Shown here: piece after piece, positions 55,984 to 64,000 of the stretch
How positions within the stretch are numbered: position 1 is the stretch's first letter
How the letters are laid out: each line of letters begins with the position of its first letter
Source of the DNA: a virus
Reading direction: 5' to 3' (one strand)
Length of the DNA stretch: 64,000 nucleotides
Virus record (IMG/VR): IMGVR_UViG_3300045988_171958
Span: 160,001-224,000 of that record
Notes under the pieces: model-generated
Told to the model about the DNA's origin: nothing
The model's database searches: none
What the model saw: only the letters and a program-made list of their open reading frames with translations
Made by a program: the position numbers and the translations under genes

Positions 55984-56655
55984 ATGGTAGCTTATAAGAA
56001 ATTTACAAAAGCAGAAAGAGAAGGTGTAGTTCGTGCAATGACTAAAAATGTTGTTGAGAAAGAATACAAACCAATCATGTCTAATGTGGAAAATGAACTT
56101 ACATCATTATTCATGAAGGATATTCCAAATGAAGTATTTGAGTTTGAAAAGAAGTATCCTCACCTTATTGATAAGGGTGATGTGTCATTATATGGATATG
56201 ATTTCTTGACAAAAGAAGATAAAGAAAAGTATGATGTTTGGAGTAGATGGAATCATACTTATCCTTGCTTCCATGTAAATAATATTTACAACAAGATGAT
56301 TGATGGTGTTAGTATTCATGGTTTTCATCTTGATGATACTTTAGTAAAATACATTAAGAAGAATGCACCAGAGATTGCAGAGAAAATCAAAGCAATTACT
56401 ATAAAGAGATTAGACTTGCAAGATTGGTCTGATAAGCTTTCTTGTACATTAGGCGCCATTACAACTATCAACAAATTGAAGGAAGAGTTTCCTGAAGCTT
56501 ATACTATCTATGTGAAGATATATGGTGAACCTGGTTCACCTTGCAAAAGTGTAAAAGATGACAAGGGTAACGAGACTTCTATGTGTGACAATATTGAGAA
56601 GTTGCGAGCAGAGTATAACAAGGTAGTAGATAGTAAGGAAGTAGAAAAGAAGTAA
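55984..56655 (+). CDS. hypothetical protein (223 aa)
   Basis: ORF. Confidence 0.55.
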   Translation: MVAYKKFTKAEREGVVRAMTKNVVEKEYKPIMSNVENELTSLFMKDIPNEVFEFEKKYPHLIDKGDVSLYGYDFLTKEDKEKYDVWSRWNHTYPCFHVNNIYNKMIDGVSIHGFHLDDTLVKYIKKNAPEIAEKIKAITIKRLDLQDWSDKLSCTLGAITTINKLKEEFPEAYTIYVKIYGEPGSPCKSVKDDKGNETSMCDNIEKLRAEYNKVVDSKEVEKK

Positions 56656-56665
56656 TTTATATATT

Positions 56666-57283
56666 ATGAAGAAATATAATTTGAAGTTTGAATTTTGGAA
56701 TATCAATGTTGATCCTATTAAAGAAAAGGAAGCTAACAAGATTATTTGGATTCTTTCACAAACCAGACATGTAAAAGATATTTCATTTGCCAATTATGGT
56801 GAGATGACATTTGACCTTGCTGATGATAAGCATTGGAATCCTATTGTAGAAGATTTGATGGTATTCAACAGAAGAAAGTCAAATTGTATGGTATTTGATA
56901 TCCATCTTACTAAAGGAATTGATTATTATGATAAGCTTTTCTTGTATCATAGCAACAACAAGAGAATTGGAAATTGGGGATATGTTTTATACAATACCAA
57001 GACAGGAAAATCAAAGCACACATATTTCATTTATGATGATTTGAATGACTTGATTGGACATATCAACAAAGCATTGAATTCAATGATGAGAAAAGACAAT
57101 TTCAGTATGGCACATTATGAGTCAAGGGGAAAAATTGTTGGTCTAGATAAGTCTGATTATACTAACTGGTTGACCGGGCATCTTAGTGTCAATGATTGGT
57201 GTCGTAAGGAATATGCCGATCTTCCTAAGATCTTTGTTGACAAGTTGGTTTATCGAAACAATAAGAAATTCATTGAAATGTAA
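56666..57283 (+). CDS. hypothetical protein (205 aa)
   Basis: ORF. Confidence 0.55.
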   Translation: MKKYNLKFEFWNINVDPIKEKEANKIIWILSQTRHVKDISFANYGEMTFDLADDKHWNPIVEDLMVFNRRKSNCMVFDIHLTKGIDYYDKLFLYHSNNKRIGNWGYVLYNTKTGKSKHTYFIYDDLNDLIGHINKALNSMMRKDNFSMAHYESRGKIVGLDKSDYTNWLTGHLSVNDWCRKEYADLPKIFVDKLVYRNNKKFIEM

Positions 57284-57315
57284 ATTATGTAAAATATTAG
57301 TTCAATAAAATAATA

Positions 57316-57555
57316 ATGGGTAAAGTAAATGAAGAATCCTCTACTGGTGGGATGGGAATTCCTAATCCTCTTAGTATTAAATATGAGGATGAAGAATATG
57401 TAAAAGAAGTTGCAAAATCATTATTTGCTAATGCTACTCTATCCGAAATTGATAGTAATGGTAATATTGTTAATTTAGGTGATGGAAAAGTTAAAGCAAT
57501 AGCAGATAGGTGTGTAAAATACGCTAGAATGTTATTAAAGTCATTAAATTCATGA
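57316..57555 (+). CDS. hypothetical protein (79 aa)
   Basis: + strand ORF preferred over antisense 57297..57575 because of the ATGA overlap with the next gene. Confidence 0.45.
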   Translation: MGKVNEESSTGGMGIPNPLSIKYEDEEYVKEVAKSLFANATLSEIDSNGNIVNLGDGKVKAIADRCVKYARMLLKSLNS

Positions 57556-57917
57556 AAAATAAAAAATTGATTCATGTGATATTTCTAAATATCTACTTAG
57601 TAATATTGTGTTTTGTATATACATCATGTATTACATCAAATGTACCTATTGAAACAACATATCATACTCAAGTAGTTTATGAATATTATGACTATTGGTA
57701 CAAATATCATAAACCATATTATCCCCCAATTCCAAAGAGACCAGTTTATGTTTGTCCTCCACCAAGAGATCCTTACCATCCTATTTGGATTCAACACCCA
57801 TCATATAAACCAAGACCTAATTGGTTTGGTAATATGCGAAAGGATGTGAAAGTACCTAGTAGAGTAGACGGTAGACCTATTTATCCAAAGAATAAAAATT
57901 TTGGTGGTAGACGATGA
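57552..57917 (+). CDS. Pro/Tyr-rich protein with N-terminal signal/anchor, possibly a lipoprotein (121 aa)
   Basis: LIHVIFLNIYLVILCFVYTSC hydrophobic N-terminus ending in Cys; YYPPIPKRPVYVCPPPRDPYHP. Confidence 0.5.
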   Translation: MKNKKLIHVIFLNIYLVILCFVYTSCITSNVPIETTYHTQVVYEYYDYWYKYHKPYYPPIPKRPVYVCPPPRDPYHPIWIQHPSYKPRPNWFGNMRKDVKVPSRVDGRPIYPKNKNFGGRR

Positions 57918-58013
57918 ACTTTTTAATAGAAATATTCTATTATTAATCTTGAAACGATATTAATATTCGTTTCATAATAACATAATTTAATAACAATATA
58001 AATTTAAAAGAAA

Positions 58014-58175
58014 ATGAAAAAGATTTTGGTAGTATTTGCCGCTATTGTGGCAATTAGTTTTGCTTCTTGTGGCAATTCAACTAAGTCAACTGCATCTGTA
58101 AATGACTCAGATACAGTAGTTGTTGACACTGCTGCAGATTCTGTAACAGTTGACTCAGCCGTTGTAGCAAAGTAG
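58014..58175 (+). CDS. small putative lipoprotein (53 aa, below the ORF-track cutoff)
   Basis: MKKILVVFAAIVAISFASC|GNST: classic signal peptide plus lipobox-like Cys; followed by a strong terminator. Confidence 0.5.
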   Translation: MKKILVVFAAIVAISFASCGNSTKSTASVNDSDTVVVDTAADSVTVDSAVVAK

Positions 58176-58206
58176 AATCAGTTTAACTAATTCAATTTAA
58201 ACACAG

Positions 58207-58236
58207 ATGCAGGATTCAAAAGATCCTGCATTTTTT
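58207..58236 (+). terminator. intrinsic terminator
   Basis: ATGCAGGAT-loop-ATCCTGCAT followed by TTTTTT. Confidence 0.75.
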
Positions 58237-58237
58237 G

Positions 58238-58268
58238 TTTGAAATTTATCTAAAGTTTACTATATTTA
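58238..58268 (+). promoter_or_regulatory. repeated promoter cassette TTTGAAATTT-N12-TTACTATATTT
   Basis: TTTG at 58238, CTAT at 58260 (offset 22). Confidence 0.65.
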
Positions 58269-58303
58269 TAAAGTACAAACAAATAAATTAAATGTAGTAG
58301 ACT

Positions 58304-59374
58304 ATGTCGAATAAGAAATCTATAATGACCCTTGTGGTCGACGGTAACTGGTTGTTGATGTCTCGTCTTTCTATTCTTAGAATGAGAATTAAAGATGAAG
58401 ATACTTTGGTTAAAGAAGTAAAGTTGATGATGATTAAGTCAATCAACAAGTTGCTTCGAGATATTCCACAGATTGATAATGTGATTTTTGTTGCAGATGG
58501 TGGATCATGGAGAAATAAGATAAGTATTCCAGAATTCTTGAAGAAAGATCATATTACTTATAAAGGTAACAGAGAAAAAGATAAAGATCTTGATTGGGAC
58601 AAAATTTTCAAGGGATATGACGAGTTTATTGATATATTGAAAGAAACTGGAGTATGTGTTTCTAGAGAGAAAGGTGTAGAAGGAGATGATTGGTGTGCTT
58701 ATTGGAGTAAGTTATTGAATAGTAAAAATACTAATTGCCTTATCTGGTCAGCTGATAGAGATTTGACTCAATTAGTTAAGATTGATTCAAAATCTAAATG
58801 CTTTACTGCTTGTTGGAAAAAGGATGCTATTGTAATTGAATCTGTTGACCATACATCAGATAATGAAATGGATTTCTTCTTCAATAGTTATGATTCAAAT
58901 GAGAATCAGAAATTGTTAGAAACTCTTTGTATGAAAGCAAAGAAAGTTGAAGAAATTCATCCTATGGATATTGTAATAGATAAGACTATTAGAGGAGATC
59001 TTGGTGATAATATTTTACCAGTAGTTTACAAAAAGGCTAAGAATCCAAATTCTGACAAGATATTCAGAGTAAGCAACAAGGAATTAGATTTGTCTATTGA
59101 TATTACAAATGTTGATGAAGTGAAGGCTTATTTCGAAGATTTGTTGAATAAGAAAACATGGAAAGATAAAGCCATGTCAACATTAGATGAGATAATTGAA
59201 CACTTCTTTTACAATGAAAGATTAGTATGGTTGGATCCAATTCAATATCCTAATGAAATTCTCGAAAAGATGACAAAATATTCTATTCCTGTCATTAATA
59301 AGGATTTGAGTTTAGCAGAGCAGAAAATCCAAGCAGAAAAGAATGACGTTTATGATGTTCTTGAAGAAATTTAA
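58304..59374 (+). CDS. T4 RNase H-like 5'-3' exonuclease / flap endonuclease (356 aa)
   Basis: LVVDGNWL, VIFVADGGSWR, VEGDDWCAYW, IWSADRDLTQL and IRGDLGDNILPV parallel T4 rnh CLIDFSQI, VLCIDNAKSGYWRR, YEADDHIAV, ISSDGDFTQL and ILKGDKKDNV. Confidence 0.88.
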   Translation: MSNKKSIMTLVVDGNWLLMSRLSILRMRIKDEDTLVKEVKLMMIKSINKLLRDIPQIDNVIFVADGGSWRNKISIPEFLKKDHITYKGNREKDKDLDWDKIFKGYDEFIDILKETGVCVSREKGVEGDDWCAYWSKLLNSKNTNCLIWSADRDLTQLVKIDSKSKCFTACWKKDAIVIESVDHTSDNEMDFFFNSYDSNENQKLLETLCMKAKKVEEIHPMDIVIDKTIRGDLGDNILPVVYKKAKNPNSDKIFRVSNKELDLSIDITNVDEVKAYFEDLLNKKTWKDKAMSTLDEIIEHFFYNERLVWLDPIQYPNEILEKMTKYSIPVINKDLSLAEQKIQAEKNDVYDVLEEI

Positions 59375-59391
59375 GAAAAATTTAAATAAAT

Positions 59392-59421
59392 TTTGAAATT
59401 TTAAGAATTGGTTCTATATTT
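59392..59421 (+). promoter_or_regulatory. repeated promoter cassette TTTGAAATTT-N12-GTTCTATATTT
   Basis: TTTG at 59392, CTAT at 59414 (offset 22). An 11-bp stem AATTGGTTCTA/TAGAACCAATT (59406-59451) encloses the -7 box. Confidence 0.6.
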
Positions 59422-59467
59422 AGTATGTTAAATATTAAATGTAGAACCAATTTAAGTAATAAGTATT

Positions 59468-59848
59468 ATGATTATGGTAAATATGGATAATTTGAAAAAG
59501 GTAAAGAATTCAGTAATGAATATGATTAATGTTGAATTAATGAAAGAAAATCGTCTTTCTGATGTTTCTTCAATTAACATTAAGATTAAGTTTGAATGTA
59601 GTGATGTTTGTTCTCTTTATCCATTAACTTGGCTAGAAGATCCGTATGATGAATTTATTATTGAACATTTTATCAACAGAGTACCAGAAAAATATCGTTA
59701 TCATCTTATTGGGTTTAAGCTTGAAGATTTCAATACTTGGTGGCCAGTTTTCGATGATGATGAATTAAATCAGAAGTTTGTTGATGAAACTAATGATTAC
59801 ATCAATAAGAAAGCTGAAATGTTAGATAAATGGAATATGTATGATTAA
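59468..59848 (+). CDS. hypothetical protein (126 aa)
   Basis: ORF. Confidence 0.5.
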   Translation: MIMVNMDNLKKVKNSVMNMINVELMKENRLSDVSSINIKIKFECSDVCSLYPLTWLEDPYDEFIIEHFINRVPEKYRYHLIGFKLEDFNTWWPVFDDDELNQKFVDETNDYINKKAEMLDKWNMYD

Positions 59849-59859
59849 GATTTATAATT

Positions 59860-60255
59860 ATGATGACAGATAGATTAAATCAACCTTTGAATATTTATGA
59901 CTTAGTATTGATTTCTCATCCTAAGACTTCTGTATTGCTCAGATGTATGGTTGTAAAGATTATGACAAAGACAGTAAAAGTTGTTGTACTTCCAGAGTCT
60001 GAATTAGAAAATGAAACTGCTCAATATTGTCAGAAAACTATGGCTGATGTAGGTGATGGTAAATGGCATGGAAATGTATATAAGTCAAAAATTGGTTTCA
60101 ATAGAAAACCTGAAGAAGTTATAAAGATTGGTCATACTGAAGTTCCTTGTGATTTATCTGAAACAGAAGAAGCAGTAGCTACAGAACTTGTGGATGTTAA
60201 GATTGGTGATCCTAACCTTTGGGTTAACAGAAAGAATTTGAATTATCACATTTAA
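59860..60255 (+). CDS. hypothetical protein (131 aa), tandem paralog of the next gene
   Basis: LNIYDLVLISH...VVKI...EEVIKIGH vs VRIGDIVLVAH...KVINI...EQVIKISD. Confidence 0.5.
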   Translation: MMTDRLNQPLNIYDLVLISHPKTSVLLRCMVVKIMTKTVKVVVLPESELENETAQYCQKTMADVGDGKWHGNVYKSKIGFNRKPEEVIKIGHTEVPCDLSETEEAVATELVDVKIGDPNLWVNRKNLNYHI

Positions 60256-60269
60256 ATAATTTTTAAAAT

Positions 60270-60494
60270 ATGGAAACATTAGTTACAACAGATATTACTA
60301 ATAAAGAAGTAAGAATTGGTGATATAGTATTAGTTGCACACACAGATAGCAATAATCTTTTTCATGCTAAAGTAATTAACATTAGACCTAAGAGAATGAA
60401 ATGTATGATTTTTGATGCACCTAAGAGTTATCGTTATATGAATGATACAGTTGTTCAGAGATTACCAGAACAAGTAATTAAAATATCAGATTAA
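60270..60494 (+). CDS. hypothetical protein (74 aa)
   Basis: ORF; similar to the N-terminal domain of the previous gene. Confidence 0.5.
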   Translation: METLVTTDITNKEVRIGDIVLVAHTDSNNLFHAKVINIRPKRMKCMIFDAPKSYRYMNDTVVQRLPEQVIKISD

Positions 60495-60500
60495 GAGACT

Positions 60501-61172
60501 ATGAAAGTAATATACGATGAATTATACCCTGATGAGTTTTTCAATTATGGAGGTATTGTAACAGTAGGTAGTTTCAATTTTGAAATCAAGAATATTGTTG
60601 AATGGAAGAAAAGTACTAATGCTCCTAATTGGACATTCGACTATATCAATACTGTAAAAGGTGGTGATGCATGCATTGGTATCATGCACTTCAAGTTTGA
60701 TGATGAAAATGGCTGGTTCAAATATACAGGTAATCTTCCAAAACTTGAACCTAAAGATCCTTATGGTATCAATAATGTAAACTTTTCATTGATTAGTCAA
60801 GACCATCCAAAATGGGATAAGTTTACAAAACAGAGATTAGAGTGTGGATTTGATGATTCTGAAATATGGAATCTTGACCTTACTATTGCAAAGTTCGTCC
60901 TTCCACGTGTTGAAAGATTGAAAAAAACTTTTGCTGGGTACCCTGCATTTTTAAAGAGTGAAGATGAATGGAAAGCTATTCTTGAAAAGATGTGTAAGGC
61001 ATTTCGTTTGTATATTAATTGTGACAATGATTGTATCGAAAATGTAAGAACAATAAAAATGTTACATGAAAGTGATGATCCAAAAAAATTAATGGATATT
61101 TTGAAAGATCATGAAGATTATGAAGAAGGAATGAATCTCTTTTTCAAATATTGGAAATGGCTTGGTGATTAG
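60501..61172 (+). CDS. hypothetical protein (223 aa)
   Basis: ORF. Confidence 0.55.
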   Translation: MKVIYDELYPDEFFNYGGIVTVGSFNFEIKNIVEWKKSTNAPNWTFDYINTVKGGDACIGIMHFKFDDENGWFKYTGNLPKLEPKDPYGINNVNFSLISQDHPKWDKFTKQRLECGFDDSEIWNLDLTIAKFVLPRVERLKKTFAGYPAFLKSEDEWKAILEKMCKAFRLYINCDNDCIENVRTIKMLHESDDPKKLMDILKDHEDYEEGMNLFFKYWKWLGD

Positions 61173-61189
61173 TTAGATTCTCTAGGATG

Positions 61190-61268
61190 GCGCCTGGGTC
61201 ACACAGGGAGCGGATAATTATGATTCAGTATATTCTATCAGTTGAGATAATTTTAACGTTTCCTAGTG
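61190..61268 (+). ncRNA. GC-box hairpin element, copy D
   Basis: GCGCCTGGGTCACACAGGGAGCGG at 61190-61213. The first ~54 nt are identical to the reverse complement of copy A; the distal arm is degenerate (TTTCCTAGTG 61259-61268). Confidence 0.6.
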
Positions 61269-61281
61269 AATTTTACAAAAA

Positions 61282-61305
61282 GAGCTCTGACTTAAGTCAG
61301 AGCTC
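61282..61305. terminator. bidirectional stem-loop GAGCTCTGAC-ttaa-GTCAGAGCTC
   Basis: 10-bp perfect stem between convergent genes, A/T tracts on both sides. Confidence 0.6.
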
Positions 61306-61313
61306 ATATTGTT

Positions 61314-61589
61314 TTAAATAAACAGTACTTCATTGTAATAATCTGGATCCAAGTTGTTCTTGACATATTCCTTTGCATCCAAAAGAGATTGTGATTCATT
61401 TACACAGCCATCTCCAGCTTGTAATGTAATATCACCATTTTCGGTAAGTTCAAGATCAACATTAAAATTCTCTTTCAAAAAAGAACTTGTTTTAATTATG
61501 CTAGAATCATAATTTACTACTCTCTTTACGAAGTCTTTACATTCTTTAGTTTCAAATACTTTATCATTCTTAAATTCCATTTTAAACAT
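61314..61589 (-). CDS. hypothetical protein (91 aa)
   Basis: ORF. Confidence 0.5.
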   Translation of the reverse strand: MFKMEFKNDKVFETKECKDFVKRVVNYDSSIIKTSSFLKENFNVDLELTENGDITLQAGDGCVNESQSLLDAKEYVKNNLDPDYYNEVLFI

Positions 61590-61600
61590 TAAACATTAAT

Positions 61601-62389
61601 TTATATTCCAAAATCAGGATCCATCGTTGTATCAGTTGTACCATCAGTGTCAGGATTAGTTGGTTCTTGAATAACTGGTTCCTTCAACTTATATGTTTCA
61701 GTCAATACTTTCTTAAGATAAGAAATTACCTTTTCTGGTGTATAGTAATTCTGATATAAGTAGATAGCTATATCCTCAATGTGTACACCAAAAATATCAA
61801 TAAGCATCTGTAACTGATTCAATGGTGCATTCTTTATTGTCAATGTCGAACCACAAGTTACTTCAGGTACAGGATTTACTTTACTGAATACATCAGTTAC
61901 CATATTCATGTGCTTCTTCTCAACATCTACTGGACACTCAGGACGTGGCTTAGGTGGACACGGTGGTACTGGATGATGAGGTGGACGTGGTGGCATTGGC
62001 TTATCATGGCATCCACAATCAAATGGAGGTGGTGGCAATGGATGATGATGGTGTGGTGGTTGACACTCACCAGGACCTGGATTGTAAGGAGGTACTGGTA
62101 CTGGATTATTTCCATCAGCCTTACCAATAATGTTTCCATTTGAATCATAGATATCATCAGAAATCTGATAGAATTCTGTACTGAATTCGTTCATATCAAT
62201 CATGCGACCATCAGAAAGCATTACTGACATTCCATTTTCTGCAATGATGCAATCTCTTACTTGTACTTCAGCACCAGTCTTCTTAGATATCCAAGTACCC
62301 TTTATTTCTGGTGCACCAGGACCACCTGGCATGTCCATACAAAAACCACCACCACCCATAGGTGAATAGTTATTTGGCATATTATTCAT
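61601..62389 (-). CDS. protein with central Pro/His/Cys-rich low-complexity segment (262 aa)
   Basis: PPHHHHPLPPPPFDCGCHDKPMPPRPPHHPVPPCPPKPRPECP flanked by ordinary sequence. Confidence 0.6.
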   Translation of the reverse strand: MNNMPNNYSPMGGGGFCMDMPGGPGAPEIKGTWISKKTGAEVQVRDCIIAENGMSVMLSDGRMIDMNEFSTEFYQISDDIYDSNGNIIGKADGNNPVPVPPYNPGPGECQPPHHHHPLPPPPFDCGCHDKPMPPRPPHHPVPPCPPKPRPECPVDVEKKHMNMVTDVFSKVNPVPEVTCGSTLTIKNAPLNQLQMLIDIFGVHIEDIAIYLYQNYYTPEKVISYLKKVLTETYKLKEPVIQEPTNPDTDGTTDTTMDPDFGI

Positions 62390-62419
62390 TTATTTATAAA
62401 TACATGTATTTTTACAATA

Positions 62420-62451
62420 AAATATAGAAATTCATTATTATTTATTACAAA
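62420..62451 (-). promoter_or_regulatory. minus-strand promoter TTTGTAATAA ... TTTCTATATTT (spacing class 24)
   Basis: Reverse complement of 62448-62451 (TTTG) and 62420-62430 (TTTCTATATTT), upstream of ATG 62389. Confidence 0.5.
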
Positions 62452-62485
62452 TTATTTAACTTAAATAATGTTAATTAAAGTTAAA

Positions 62486-63022
62486 TTAATTGTATTCTTT
62501 TAATATTTCTTTTCTACCTTCGAAATCAGACTTAAGATATTTAGAAATACAATTTGCTATAGTAGTATAATCATCTTCTTTTCCAAAATAAAGCATATTG
62601 TATTGTTTAGAAGACTTCATAAAGTCATTCACTTCATGCATCATTCTCTTATCCTTTATAACAGAAGAATCTATCCAACAAATAGTAATTCCTTTAATAT
62701 ATCTACTTGACACACTATTGAACATATCAAATGTCATTGGTATTATATCGGAATTAGACATTTCTTCCTTTGTTATACCTTCAGATATTTGGTTGTCATC
62801 AGTATGTACACATAATAATGCATTGTTTTTGAATGCTAAATATAAGTCATCATTATCCATATAGTATTTCCATTCCTTTATATCTGAATCCTTTTTTAGG
62901 ATATCAGTACTGAAAGTTCTGGCCACTTTGATTTCTTCATTCAAAGTGTTCAAAGTAGCCAGAACATCTACTTTTTTCTGATTGTCATAAGTTACAACAA
63001 TTATCTTATTTTGATTGTCCAT
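62486..63022 (-). CDS. hypothetical protein (178 aa)
   Basis: ORF. Confidence 0.55.
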   Translation of the reverse strand: MDNQNKIIVVTYDNQKKVDVLATLNTLNEEIKVARTFSTDILKKDSDIKEWKYYMDNDDLYLAFKNNALLCVHTDDNQISEGITKEEMSNSDIIPMTFDMFNSVSSRYIKGITICWIDSSVIKDKRMMHEVNDFMKSSKQYNMLYFGKEDDYTTIANCISKYLKSDFEGRKEILKEYN

Positions 63023-63030
63023 TTGTATAA

Positions 63031-64000
63031 CTAACTTTCTTTTGATTTTCTTACAAATTTTATAACTGCATATTGATTTTCTCCATCTGGTTGCTTATTA
63101 GGAGTTATCCTCCAAGTCTCTGTTATCTCGGAAGCAACTTTCTTAGCTTCTGTAGTTTGATGTACTCTATATCTCTTTGTAGTATTATTGTCAGAAATAT
63201 TTTCAAGTATAGATTCAAAATATGTAGAACGTTGTCCATCAGGGTGATCTTCACCATATTTCAATGCTGTACATCCTACCCAGTATTTAAGACCAGATGT
63301 ATTTTGCCAATCGACGAGATTTTCGTAATATGAAGTTACATTATAGAATCTTTCATTAATATCATCAAACTTATAATTGAATTCAATTCCTCTTCCAGAA
63401 ATATTACCATCATCTGTTGTTGACCAAGTAGTAAATGTATATTTTACTGATTTTTTAAAAGTATATGTACCTTTAAGCTTGATAATTAATTCTTCTTGGT
63501 CTTCATTTGATATCTTAATGTTTCCTTCTATAGATTCTTTAAAAGACTTCAACATATCTTTTGTAACATTCCATTCTAGTTTATAAACATTAGTATTATT
63601 AGTTTGTACCATTGTAAATGTATACTTAGCTAATTTAGAGTATTTATCTATTGATAACTTTGGATGACAAGATTCTATTTGATACGTTTTACCTTCAGTT
63701 GTTGCTTTCTCATCATATACCCATTCATTACCGACTATCTTATATTCTTTATTGTAAATCTTATCATAACAAATAACATATATGTTTTCCAATCCATCAG
63801 TTTGTAAACCTACATAATTATCATTATCTAATTTACCAGTAGTATTAGACCAATCTACTGTATACAATCTGTATATTTTATTCAGCATTTCCTCAAGATC
63901 GGTTTTATTATAAGATGTTCCATTAGCATCTCTACAAAGTTCACAAACTCTTACACGTAACTTACCAGATGGTTTGTTTGCATCAGTAGCTGGTTCTTTA
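63031..64000 (-). CDS. hypothetical protein, 5' end probably outside the window
   Basis: The reading frame stays open from ATG 63888 to the window edge (...KEPATDANKPSGKLRVRVCELCRDANG...EEMLNKIYRLY). Confidence 0.5.
   Translation of the reverse strand, partial: KEPATDANKPSGKLRVRVCELCRDANGTSYNKTDLEEMLNKIYRLYTVDWSNTTGKLDNDNYVGLQTDGLENIYVICYDKIYNKEYKIVGNEWVYDEKATTEGKTYQIESCHPKLSIDKYSKLAKYTFTMVQTNNTNVYKLEWNVTKDMLKSFKESIEGNIKISNEDQEELIIKLKGTYTFKKSVKYTFTTWSTTDDGNISGRGIEFNYKFDDINERFYNVTSYYENLVDWQNTSGLKYWVGCTALKYGEDHPDGQRSTYFESILENISDNNTTKRYRVHQTTEAKKVASEITETWRITPNKQPDGENQYAVIKFVRKSKES

Noticed and set aside
57927-57974. Two small hairpins (AATAGAA-tat-TTCTATT; GAAACGA-tattaatat-TCGTTTC) considered as a regulatory RNA
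   Set aside because: They are short AT-rich stems of a kind expected by chance in this composition, with no repeat elsewhere.
22971-61268. Possibility that the four GC-box copies are a CRISPR array or solitary CRISPR repeats
   Set aside because: The copies are 6-23 kb apart and one is inverted, with no regular spacers. The box matches no repeat class I recall. A repeat-mimic role is not excluded but has no support here.
1-64000. Stop-codon reassignment, as in some large gut phages
   Set aside because: TAA, TAG and TGA all end ORFs that are immediately followed by the next start (for example TAG 1177-1179 then ATG 1187). Homolog-supported genes have normal lengths under the standard code.
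1-64000. tRNA, rRNA or tmRNA genes
   Set aside because: None of the intergenic regions inspected by eye shows a cloverleaf-compatible sequence or a T-loop GTTCRANYC motif. This was not a formal scan.

Overview
AT-rich (roughly one-third GC by eye), densely packed, mostly + strand window. It looks like part of a large T4-like (gp23/gp18/gp19/gp21-type) contractile-tailed phage. The intergenic signals fit a Bacteroidota host: -33 TTTG / -7 TAnnTTT promoters and almost no Shine-Dalgarno sequences. Motif-supported genes: sigma-70-family factor, NMNAT-like nucleotidyltransferase, ligase-superfamily protein, ThyX, PD-(D/E)XK nuclease, NAD-dependent DNA ligase, MoxR/CobS-like AAA+ ATPase plus a distant vWA (CobT-like) partner, a family-B DNA polymerase that stops after motif A, two-subunit type II topoisomerase (gp39/gp52-like), Dam-type methyltransferase, dCMP deaminase, T4 RNase H/FEN, gp46/gp47 (Rad50/Mre11-like). 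A minus-strand structural block carries the gp19-like tube, a double-length gp18-like sheath, the gp23-like capsid protein and a gp21-like protease fused to a repeat scaffold. Points for follow-up: (1) a four-copy GC-rich 24-nt box with long hairpins in 3' intergenic regions; (2) a 32-bp perfect inverted repeat bracketing a 183-bp segment with an internal terminator, upstream of a very AT-rich Asn/Tyr-rich ORF; (3) four paralogous free-standing homing-endonuclease-like genes (Zn ribbon + tandem KYG repeats + Vsr-like core) sitting in or between essential genes, one at the polB break; (4) at least six proteins with a T4 capsid-targeting-sequence-like N-terminus; (5) a stereotyped promoter cassette repeated 11 or more times with fixed spacing. 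No tRNA, rRNA, CRISPR array, integrase or reverse transcriptase was seen. All functional calls rest on motif recognition by eye; no searches were run.
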